Shown: piece after piece, positions 30,985 through 39,198 of the stretch
Numbering within the stretch: the first letter of the stretch is position 1
How the letters are laid out: each line of letters begins with the position of its first letter
Source of the DNA: Nannocystales bacterium
Lineage (GTDB): Bacteria > Myxococcota_A > Polyangia > Nannocystales > Nannocystaceae
Direction of reading: 5' to 3'
Length of the DNA stretch: 64,000 bases
Assembly: GCA_050633305.1 (NCBI GenBank)
Contig: JBOEGF010000018.1
Span: 864,001-928,000, forward strand
Made by a program: the position numbers and the translations under genes
Notes under the pieces: generated by a model
The model's input: only the letters and a program-made list of their open reading frames with translations
What the model was told of the DNA's origin: nothing
Database searches by the model: none

Positions 30985-32832
30985 ATGAGTGACAACCCCG
31001 CATCGGAGAACCCGGGAGCCTGGTTCGACCGCGCTCGTGTGGCGGTCGTCTGGCTCGTTGCCCTCGCCGTCGTACTGACCTTCCGTGACTACGGGGTCAC
31101 GTTGGACGAGGGGTTTCACCTCTCGTACGGTTTCCACATCATCCGCTTCTACGGGTCTGGTTTCTCGGACCTGACGGCGCTTACGTATCGGATCGACTAC
31201 CTCTACGGCGGTGGGTTCGACGCAACAGGGATGATCTTCCGAGCCTGGACGAGGGCTTTCCTGAACTCCTACGAGGCGATTCACCTCTACGGAGCCTTGA
31301 TCGGCGTCCTTGGGATCGCTGGGACAGGGCGCCTGGCTCGACTGATCGCAGGGCCCCGGGCGGGTTTTCTTGCCGTCTGCATGTTGGCGACAACGTCGGT
31401 CTACTACGGACACATGTTCAACAACCCCAAGGACCTACCGTTCGCGGTCGGCTACGTGTGGGGGTTGTACTTCCTGCTGCGCATCTACGATGCGTTCCCG
31501 AGGTTGCCTCGGGGCTTGGTCATCAAGGCCTCAATCGCGCTCGGGTTTGCGATGAGCGTCCGCATCGGCGGACTCCTGCTGTTGTGTTACCTCGGGCTTC
31601 TCGCGGTGGTCTTCGTGGCTCAGTACGCCTGGGTCAGTCGGAGCGTGAAGGGGACCTACAAGGTCGCGGAGCGGGTGCTTCTGCAGGTGTCGCTCGTCGG
31701 TGCAGGCGCGTGGGCCGTCATGCTCGTGTGGTGGCCGTGGGCGCTGTTTGACCCCATCCGGCGCCCGCTAGCGGCGTTAACTCGGATGTCGCAGTTCATC
31801 GACCACCGCCGCTACATGCCGTTCGCGGGCGAACAGGTCTACAACCTCGATCCGCCGTGGGACTACCTGCTCCACTACTTCGCCTTCAAGATGCCGGAGT
31901 ACGTGGTTGTGGTGTTCTGCGCAGCGGCCTTCGTTGCGCTTGGAGCCCTTGCAAGCGGAGCCGCGCGGTCTGTCGGCTTCCGCCAGGTGCTGCGGTTCTT
32001 CATGCTCGGACTGTCGATCGTCTTCCCGCCGATTTACGCGGTCTACAAGGGCTCGCCGCTCTACGATGGACTGAGACATTTCCTGTTCATCGTCCCGCCG
32101 ATCATCGTCGTCGTCGCTGTCGCTGCGGACTCGGTCCTCGACGCGTGCCGGCGTCGTTGGGGAGCCCATGGGACGATGGTCGGATTCGCGATCGTCGGCG
32201 GCCTCGTGGTGGAACAGGGAGCCACGGTCGCTCGCTATCACCCCCACCAGTACGTCTACTTCAACCGGTTTATCGGGGGTCTGCAGGGGGCGGTCGGCCA
32301 GTATTCGACCGACTACTACGCTGGAACGTACAAGGACGCCGCACAACAGCTCGCGGCCGAGCTTTGGAAGCGCGAGCCGGAGGTCTACCTGGACAGTGTC
32401 TACCGAGTGGGGGGCTGCATTGGGATGTTTCGCGCCATGCGGAATCTGCCGGGCAACTTCGTCTACAAGACCGAGGCCCACCCGGACTATGACTTCGACA
32501 TCAGCTACACCCGGGGAGACTGCCACCTCAAGATGTCCTCCCATCCCGAATACACGCGGGTGTCCCGTGACGGCGGGCTTCTCACCCTGACCCGGGACCT
32601 TCGACGACAGATTCTCGAGCCCGAGCGCCTTCGCGAGTTCCAAAAGCTCGAGCTTGCGGAGCGGCGGCGGGAGAAGGCCCGGAAGGGCAAGAAGGGCAAG
32701 AAGGGCAAGAAGGGCAAGGGCAAGGGGCGCGGAAAGAAGAAGAAACCGGGTGGGTCCGAGAAACCCTCGATCGACATCCCGGGGCGACCCAAGCCGAGGT
32801 CGGCGGAGCCAAGGAGTGAAACCGGTGAGTGA
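30985..32832 (+). CDS. GT-C glycosyltransferase (GT39/ArnT-like) with Lys/Gly-rich tail
   Basis: DYGVTLDE first-loop DE motif, YGGGF, NNPKD, LYDGLRHFLF, YVYFN, DYY. Confidence 0.78.
   Translation: MSDNPASENPGAWFDRARVAVVWLVALAVVLTFRDYGVTLDEGFHLSYGFHIIRFYGSGFSDLTALTYRIDYLYGGGFDATGMIFRAWTRAFLNSYEAIHLYGALIGVLGIAGTGRLARLIAGPRAGFLAVCMLATTSVYYGHMFNNPKDLPFAVGYVWGLYFLLRIYDAFPRLPRGLVIKASIALGFAMSVRIGGLLLLCYLGLLAVVFVAQYAWVSRSVKGTYKVAERVLLQVSLVGAGAWAVMLVWWPWALFDPIRRPLAALTRMSQFIDHRRYMPFAGEQVYNLDPPWDYLLHYFAFKMPEYVVVVFCAAAFVALGALASGAARSVGFRQVLRFFMLGLSIVFPPIYAVYKGSPLYDGLRHFLFIVPPIIVVVAVAADSVLDACRRRWGAHGTMVGFAIVGGLVVEQGATVARYHPHQYVYFNRFIGGLQGAVGQYSTDYYAGTYKDAAQQLAAELWKREPEVYLDSVYRVGGCIGMFRAMRNLPGNFVYKTEAHPDYDFDISYTRGDCHLKMSSHPEYTRVSRDGGLLTLTRDLRRQILEPERLREFQKLELAERRREKARKGKKGKKGKKGKGKGRGKKKKPGGSEKPSIDIPGRPKPRSAEPRSETGE
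32683..32718 (+). repeat. 9-bp tandem repeat (AAGGGCAAG)x4 encoding KGK repeats
   Basis: Four perfect copies read directly from the sequence. Confidence 0.9.
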
Positions 32833-33775
32833 CCAACCCGAACCCGCGGATGCCGATCGTGCTCTAGATGCGCGTCGAGAGGGCCTCGCTGCTCTCGCAA
32901 TCGTGTCTGACCCCAACTGCTTGCCTCGTCAGGCGGCCGCTCACATCGCGCAGGGCTGGGCTCTGTTCCGTGGAGACTCGGACGACGGGCTGCTCTCTGC
33001 CTGGCTGCGCGACCGCTTCGCGGGTTCTCCCAAGCCGAAGAAGGCTCGGGACCTCGAGGCGCGCACCCGGTCGGTCGAGTTTGTCGAAGCGTGGGAGGCC
33101 GGCCGTATCCCCGCGGACTTGGGCGAAGATGCTGCGCGCGCGCTGATCAAGGTGCTGCTCGATGCTGCCCCTGAAAGCAGCGTTGGCGCTGCCCCGACGA
33201 AGACGCGCTTCGGCCCCCTGAGTCGCCGGGCGGTCCTGACGCTGGGTGGCGTCGTCGCCCTCGGGCTGATCGCGTTACGTCCGTGGACCTACGAAGGTGT
33301 GGGGCAGTGGCATGGCGCGTACTTCCCAGGGAAGGACTTCCGCGGCGAACCAGATACGCGCCGGGAAGCGGACGTCGACTTTGCGTGGGGGATTCTCCCT
33401 CCGACCGACTCGATTCCCGCGGATCGGTTCGCGGCGCGCTGGACCACGTGCCTCAACATCGAGGAGGACGTGGACGCTTCGTTCATGCTGATCGCTGACG
33501 ACGGTGCAAGGCTGCTGGTCGACAGAGGGGAGCCCGTCATCGATCTTTGGGAACCTCCCGAGGACGTCGAGATGCCCTTCTCGCACGGCCGCGAATACTC
33601 TCTGGACGCGGGTGTGCACCTCATCGAGGTCGAGTATCGCGAAGAGGGGGACGAAGCAGAGGTCCACCTTCTCGCAACGTTCGACCAAGACATCCCCCCC
33701 GGCCCGTTGCCCTCGAGCATGCTCGACTTTCCGGGGGAAGACTTTGACGAAGACAACCCCTGTGGAAACCTCTGA
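32825..33775 (+). CDS. Membrane-anchored PA14-domain protein
   Basis: Single TM then VDFAWG..P..IPADRFAARW, ADDGARLLVD, GVHLIEVEYRE; GTG start overlaps the upstream stop. Confidence 0.8.
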   Translation: MSDQPEPADADRALDARREGLAALAIVSDPNCLPRQAAAHIAQGWALFRGDSDDGLLSAWLRDRFAGSPKPKKARDLEARTRSVEFVEAWEAGRIPADLGEDAARALIKVLLDAAPESSVGAAPTKTRFGPLSRRAVLTLGGVVALGLIALRPWTYEGVGQWHGAYFPGKDFRGEPDTRREADVDFAWGILPPTDSIPADRFAARWTTCLNIEEDVDASFMLIADDGARLLVDRGEPVIDLWEPPEDVEMPFSHGREYSLDAGVHLIEVEYREEGDEAEVHLLATFDQDIPPGPLPSSMLDFPGEDFDEDNPCGNL

Positions 33776-33793
33776 GGCGCTCGGAGTCCTGTC

Positions 33794-34660
33794 ATGACGC
33801 GCAAGCCTGACTTCATGATTATCGGCGCGATGAAGTGCGCCACGTCCTCACTGCATGACCAGCTCGCCGCCCAGGCCGGGATGGTGATGTCGATGCCGAA
33901 GGAGCCGAACTTCTTCAGCGATGAGGAGAACTGGGGCCGAGGACTCGGCTGGTACTGGTCGCTGTTCGCTCGCGCGCAGGAGGGAGATCTGTGCGGGGAG
34001 TCGAGTACGCACTACACGAAGCTTCCGCGACACCCGAAGGTGGTCGAGCGCCTGGCCGAGCATGTGCCCGACGCGAAGTTCGTCTACGTCATGCGGAATC
34101 CGCTGGACCGGTTGGTCTCGCACTACATGCACGAGTGGACACAGCGGGTCCTGCGGATGCCGCTGGGGAAGTCGCTGGACGAACACCCCGCGCTGATCCA
34201 GTTCGGCCAGTACGCGATGCAGCTCGAGCCGTACTTCGAAGCCTTCGGCAAGGACCGGGTGCTTCCCGTGTTTTTCGATCGCCTGCGGACGCACCCGCAA
34301 GAGGAGTTCGAGCGGGTCTGCTCGTTCATCGGGTACGAAGGCGAACCTCGCTGGAAAGACGACATGGGCGCGAAGAACGTCTCGGGCGACAGGATGCGGA
34401 AGAGCAAGCTCCGGGACCTGTTGGTCTATGCGCCGGGGCTCTCTCAGCTTCGCCAGCGTCTGCCGCAGGGCGTTCGGGACCGTGTGAAGAAGCTTTGGAC
34501 GATGAACAAGCGACCGGAGCTCACACAGGGCCAGCAACGTCGGCTGGAGGCGGTTTTCAATCCGGACCTCGCGAAGCTGGGCGCGTGGCTGGGGATTCCC
34601 GAACTCACGTGCGCGAACTTCAAAGACGTCACGCGAGACCGGGCCCTCGACTGGGTGTGA
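33794..34660 (+). CDS. PAPS-dependent sulfotransferase
   Basis: 5'-PSB loop IIGAMKCATSSL, KEPNFF, GESSTHY, 3'-PB motif RNPLDRLVSHY; no signal peptide. Confidence 0.9.
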   Translation: MTRKPDFMIIGAMKCATSSLHDQLAAQAGMVMSMPKEPNFFSDEENWGRGLGWYWSLFARAQEGDLCGESSTHYTKLPRHPKVVERLAEHVPDAKFVYVMRNPLDRLVSHYMHEWTQRVLRMPLGKSLDEHPALIQFGQYAMQLEPYFEAFGKDRVLPVFFDRLRTHPQEEFERVCSFIGYEGEPRWKDDMGAKNVSGDRMRKSKLRDLLVYAPGLSQLRQRLPQGVRDRVKKLWTMNKRPELTQGQQRRLEAVFNPDLAKLGAWLGIPELTCANFKDVTRDRALDWV

Positions 34661-34700
34661 GCCGTTGCGCTCGGCGGCGGCCGGGTCGTACCCTGCGACG

Positions 34701-35312
34701 GTGACGGACCAGGAAAATCCGCCCCTGTGGGAACGCGGCATGCTCAGCGTGGCGCAACGCGAACAGGTCACGGGTCACCGGGGCATGGTTGTGTGGTTCA
34801 CGGGGCTCAGCGGCTCGGGGAAGACAACAGTCGCTCGGGCGCTCGACCACCTTCTTCACAGCCACGGGAAGCGCAGCTTCTTGATGGACGGCGACGTGTT
34901 GCGTGAGGGCATCACCTCTGACCTCGGCTTCTCTCCGGAGGACCGCACGGAGAACCTGCGGCGCTTCACGGAGGTGGCCCGACTGTTTGCGAACGCGGGC
35001 ACGATCACCCTGGTCTCCGCGATCTCTCCGTACGAGGAGAGCCGCCAGAAGGCGAAGGAGCGCATCGGCTCGGAGCGCTTCCTCATGGTCCACGTCGCGA
35101 CCCCGCTTGCGGTCTGCGAGGCTCGAGACGTGAAGGGCCTGTACGCCAAGGCACGGGCCGGGGAACTCAAGCAGTTCACGGGCATTGATGCGCCCTATGA
35201 GGAGCCGGTCGAGCCCGATCTCAAGCTGGTCCCCGAGGATGGGGATCCGGGCGTCATGGCACACGCGGTCTATGACGCGTTGGTGTCCGGCGGCTTCCTG
35301 GGAGGTGAGTGA
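34701..35312 (+). CDS. cysC: Adenylyl-sulfate (APS) kinase
   Basis: WFTGLSGSGKTT, DGD, DLGFS..DR.EN, ISPY, RDVKGLY.KARAGE..FTGIDAPYE. Confidence 0.95.
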   Translation: MTDQENPPLWERGMLSVAQREQVTGHRGMVVWFTGLSGSGKTTVARALDHLLHSHGKRSFLMDGDVLREGITSDLGFSPEDRTENLRRFTEVARLFANAGTITLVSAISPYEESRQKAKERIGSERFLMVHVATPLAVCEARDVKGLYAKARAGELKQFTGIDAPYEEPVEPDLKLVPEDGDPGVMAHAVYDALVSGGFLGGE

Positions 35313-36280
35313 TGGGGAACTACGACCAAGAACTAGCGGTTGCGATCGCAGCGGTTCGCGAAGCATCGAAGGTGTGTCGCTCGGTTCAGGCCACCATCGC
35401 TCCGGATGCGCTCGAGAAAAAGGACAAGAGCCCGGTGACGGTCGCAGATTTCGCGTCTCAGGCGCTGGTCTGCCGGGCTCTGCAGGGCGCGTTCCCCGAT
35501 GACCCGGTCATCGGTGAGGAAGACGCGGCGGCACTCCGAGGAGACGACGGGGCGGACTTCCGCGGACGCGTCTTCTCCGAGCTCAAGCCCTTCGGTGTAG
35601 AGAGCGAAGACGCCGCACTTGGGTTCATCGACCGCGGAGGCGCGCAGGACTACTCGTCTCGCTTTTGGACGTTGGACCCGATCGACGGGACCAAGGGCTT
35701 CCTGCGCGGGGACCAGTACGCGGTGGCGCTGGCGCTCGTCGTCAACGGCGTTCTCACTGTCGCCGCGATGGCGTGTCCCAACCTGGACAGCGGCGGCCAG
35801 CCCGGGACCGTGTTCTGGGCGGTGCGTGGCGAGGGAGCCTTCCACGGTGCGCTCGATGGGGACGGATCCGACGTCGCGCGCGTGAGTGCGGAGTCCACGA
35901 TCGCGCAGACCCGTCTTTGCGAGTCGTTTGAGTCGGGGCATAGCTCCCACGACCACTCCGCGCAGCTCATGGCCAAGCTCGGGATCTCGGCGGACCCGGT
36001 CCGCCTCGACAGCCAAGCGAAATACGGGGTGGTCGCCCGGGGCGAGGCGGAGGCGTACCTTCGGCTTCCGACCCGGCCCGGCTACCGAGAGAAGATCTGG
36101 GACCACGGAGCGGGCTGCCTCATCGTTCAAGAGGCGGGCGGCACGGTGACCGACGTGACGGGAAAGCCGCTGGACTTCACCAAGGGGCGCGAGCTGACCG
36201 AGAACCGGGGAGTCATCGTCACGCACGGTCCCTTCCATGCCCAGATCCTCGAGACGCTGGCCGAACTCGGCGTGAAGTAG
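35312..36280 (+). CDS. 3'(2'),5'-bisphosphate nucleotidase, Hal2/Met22/SAL1-like
   Basis: KDKSPVTVADFASQA, GEED, WTLDPIDGTKGFLRGDQYAVALAL, RLDSQAKY, YLRLP..GYREKIWDH; TGATG coupling to cysC. Confidence 0.9.
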   Translation: MGNYDQELAVAIAAVREASKVCRSVQATIAPDALEKKDKSPVTVADFASQALVCRALQGAFPDDPVIGEEDAAALRGDDGADFRGRVFSELKPFGVESEDAALGFIDRGGAQDYSSRFWTLDPIDGTKGFLRGDQYAVALALVVNGVLTVAAMACPNLDSGGQPGTVFWAVRGEGAFHGALDGDGSDVARVSAESTIAQTRLCESFESGHSSHDHSAQLMAKLGISADPVRLDSQAKYGVVARGEAEAYLRLPTRPGYREKIWDHGAGCLIVQEAGGTVTDVTGKPLDFTKGRELTENRGVIVTHGPFHAQILETLAELGVK

Positions 36281-36302
36281 ACCTCGCTTCGGGAGACTCG
36301 CG

Positions 36303-38069
36303 ATGACCTTTGCCGTGGCAATCACGTTCGTGGTGCTGGCGGCGGTGATCGCCGGGCTCACGCTCACGCGTGTCTCCCCTGACATGGTGTTGCTCGGGGG
36401 ACTCGCGGCGCTGCTGGTCTCGGGCGTGCTCACACCCGCGGAGGCCTTCGGAGGATTCTCGAACGAGGGCCTCGCGACCATCGCCGCACTGTTCATCGTC
36501 GCCGAGGGGCTGAGGCGAACCGGCGGGGTCAACTTCGTGGGGTTGAAGCTGCTGGGACGTCCATCGTCGTTGACGGCGGCACAGCTGCGCCTGATGACCC
36601 CGGTCGCGGGCCTGAGCGCGTTCCTCAACAACACCCCAGTGGTCGCGATGATGATGCCGCTGGTCTCCGATTGGGCACGGCGGCAGAACCTCTCCGTCAG
36701 CAAGCTGCTGCTTCCGCTGTCCTACGCGTCGATTCTCGGTGGCCTGGTGACGCTGGTTGGCACCTCGACGACGCTGGTGGTCAACGGCCTGATGCTGGCA
36801 ACGCCGGGGCAGGATGGTTTCGGGATGTTCGACATCGCCTGGGTGGGCATCCCGGTCGCGATCGTTGGCTTGGTCTACGTGCCGATCGCCTCGAAGTGGT
36901 TGCTGCCGGATCGCCGGCCCGTGCACACCCAGCTCGCCGATCCACGCGAGTACGTGGTGGAGATGGTTGTTCAGGAATCCAGCCCGATCGTCGGCATGTC
37001 GATCGAGGATGCGGGTCTTCGCTCGTTGCCGGGGATGTACCTGATGGAGATTCAGCGGGACGAAGACGTCGTCGTTGCCGTCGAGCCCAGCACTCGGATG
37101 CAAGCCAACGATCGGCTGATGTTCGTTGGCATTGTGGAGTCGGTCGTCGATCTACAGAAGGTGCCCGGTCTCATGCCGGCGCCCGACCAGCTCTTCAAGG
37201 TCAACAACCCGCGTTCGCATCGGTGTCTGATCGAGGCCGTGGTCGGGCGAGGGCGACTGGCGGGGCTCACGGTCCGTGAGGCGAAGTTTCGGACCCACTA
37301 CAACGCCGTGATCATCGCCGTCTCCCGCGACGGTGAGCGCGTGAAGAAGAAGGTCGGAGACATCCGGTTGCAAAGCGGCGACATGCTCCTCATCGAGGGG
37401 CACACGTCCTTTGTCGACACGCAGCGCAACGCCCGGGAGTTTCTGCTCGTGTCTTCGGTCGAAGACTCCACCCCCGTGACGCATGAGCGTGCTTGGATCG
37501 CGCGGGCGCTGATGCTCCTGATGGTTGTGCTGGCGGCGACCGAGCTCACCAGTATGCTCAAGGCCGCCTGTATCGCGGGCGGAGGCATGGTCGCGTTTCG
37601 GTGTCTGCGGCCCTCTCACGCGAAGCGAGCGATCGACCTCAGTGTCCTGCTCGGCATCGGCGCCGGGCTCGGGATCGGGGTTGCGATGGACCGAAGTGGT
37701 GCGGCCGCGTTCGTCGCGACGGGTCTGGTCGAATCGGCGGGGACGAATCCCTACGTTGCGCTGGCAGCGATCTACGTGGTCACGACGATTCTTGCGAACC
37801 TGATCACGACGCAGGCCGCCGCGGTGCTGGTGTTCCCCGTTGCGCTCGCCACGGCGGAAGGCCTGGGCGTGAACTTCATGCCGTTCGCGTTGTCGCTGAC
37901 CGTCGCAGCGGCGGCCGCGTTCGCGACGCCGGTCGGCTACCAGACGAACTTGATGGTCTACGGACCTGGTGGGTACCGCAGCTCGGACTTCTTAAGGATC
38001 GGCGGCCCGCTGTCCGTACTGGTCTGGGTGACGACGGTACTCGTGGCGCCACTGGCGTTCCCGTTCTAG
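36303..38069 (+). CDS. SLC13-family permease with TrkA-C domains (probable sulfate transporter)
   Basis: SAFLNNTPVV, GGLVTLVGTSTTL, two central soluble repeats, ATPVGYQTNLMVYGPGGY. Confidence 0.88.
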   Translation: MTFAVAITFVVLAAVIAGLTLTRVSPDMVLLGGLAALLVSGVLTPAEAFGGFSNEGLATIAALFIVAEGLRRTGGVNFVGLKLLGRPSSLTAAQLRLMTPVAGLSAFLNNTPVVAMMMPLVSDWARRQNLSVSKLLLPLSYASILGGLVTLVGTSTTLVVNGLMLATPGQDGFGMFDIAWVGIPVAIVGLVYVPIASKWLLPDRRPVHTQLADPREYVVEMVVQESSPIVGMSIEDAGLRSLPGMYLMEIQRDEDVVVAVEPSTRMQANDRLMFVGIVESVVDLQKVPGLMPAPDQLFKVNNPRSHRCLIEAVVGRGRLAGLTVREAKFRTHYNAVIIAVSRDGERVKKKVGDIRLQSGDMLLIEGHTSFVDTQRNAREFLLVSSVEDSTPVTHERAWIARALMLLMVVLAATELTSMLKAACIAGGGMVAFRCLRPSHAKRAIDLSVLLGIGAGLGIGVAMDRSGAAAFVATGLVESAGTNPYVALAAIYVVTTILANLITTQAAAVLVFPVALATAEGLGVNFMPFALSLTVAAAAAFATPVGYQTNLMVYGPGGYRSSDFLRIGGPLSVLVWVTTVLVAPLAFPF

Positions 38070-38075
38070 CGATGG

Positions 38076-38957
38076 CTACGGCAGCTGTGCTTCGAGCCGC
38101 TGCTCGAACGCGACGCAGGCGGGTGTTCCGATGTCGATGAGGGCCTCCATCTCGTCTCGTTGGCTGCCGACCACGCTCTCGAAAACGTCGAGTGGCTGAG
38201 CCCCCACGAGGAGCTGGCCGTTGATGATGCTCGAGGGGGTTCCCGTGGCGCCGACCTCTGTGAAGAGGGCGCTGTCCTCGGCGAGACGCGCTGCAACTTC
38301 GGGGCTCCGCATCGCAGTGTGGAACGCGTCGAGGTCGAGGCCGACCCCGACAGCGATCGCGTCGACGGCCTCCGGGGTGAGGTCTTCGTCGGCGGCAAAC
38401 ATCGCGTCGTGGAAGGGCCAGTAGGAACCCAGCGTGTCAGCTGCCAGCCCCGCGCGAGCGAGCTGGCCCCGAGGATCCTGAAACGGAAGGGGCATCTGTT
38501 TGGAGACGATTCGGAGCTCGTCGCCCTGCGGTCCGTCGGCGAGTGCGGCCAAAGTCGACTGCACGGCCGCGGAGAAGGGGTCGGCGTAGCCGGTCCAGAT
38601 CACCAACGTCACCAGGGCGTCCGGGTTGCCGCGCATGGGCGACGCGGTGAGTTGGAGCCTGTCTTCGGCGTCAAGAAGCGGCGAGCCGCACTCCGCGAGG
38701 GATCCGGTACTCGAGGAGGCATGCGATGTGGTGTCCGCGCTCGTGGGCTCGGTCAAGCCGGACGATGACGACGTCGTGTCCGCGTTCGAGGTCGATGCAT
38801 CGCTCGACGCCCCGGGTGATGTCGTCGACCCATCGGCACCCGTGGTGCTCCCCGGCTCTGTGGTCGACGATGACATCTCAGCTGAATCGGCGACCGCCGC
38901 CTCGCAAGCGATGCCCACCAAGAACGAAGCCGTGAGTAAGAGATGTCGTGCCTTCAC
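38076..38957 (-). CDS. DsbA-like thioredoxin-fold lipoprotein lacking CxxC
   Basis: GNPDALVTLV..YADPFS, KQMPLPF, YWPFHDAMF, GTPSSIING, GAQP; GIAC lipobox-like and S/T linker. Confidence 0.75.
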   Translation of the reverse strand: MKARHLLLTASFLVGIACEAAVADSAEMSSSTTEPGSTTGADGSTTSPGASSDASTSNADTTSSSSGLTEPTSADTTSHASSSTGSLAECGSPLLDAEDRLQLTASPMRGNPDALVTLVIWTGYADPFSAAVQSTLAALADGPQGDELRIVSKQMPLPFQDPRGQLARAGLAADTLGSYWPFHDAMFAADEDLTPEAVDAIAVGVGLDLDAFHTAMRSPEVAARLAEDSALFTEVGATGTPSSIINGQLLVGAQPLDVFESVVGSQRDEMEALIDIGTPACVAFEQRLEAQLP

Positions 38958-39097
38958 ACGGGCTGCAACGGGCTCAGCCGACGTGGCATATCTTCGCGCG
39001 CCAGCAGGACACCCCGTGTGGAAACGGTTCGTGTCACCGCGCACAAAGGCGTGCGTGCGGCGATATGTTCCGAGCGTACCGAAGGCTTGCTTGCCGC

Positions 39098-39145
39098 AAA
39101 CAAAAACGCACGACTCGTGTCCCGTGCGAGGGGCGAGTCGTGCGT
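39098..39145 (-). terminator. Rho-independent terminator downstream of cysNC
   Basis: Perfect 12-bp inverted repeat ACGCACGACTCG (39106-39117) / CGAGTCGTGCGT (39134-39145), followed by a T-tract on the minus strand. Confidence 0.75.
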
Positions 39146-39198
39146 CCGTGGACCCGGTGGAGACTGAGACCTCCTCCGTTGTGGTCAGGTGGCCCGGG

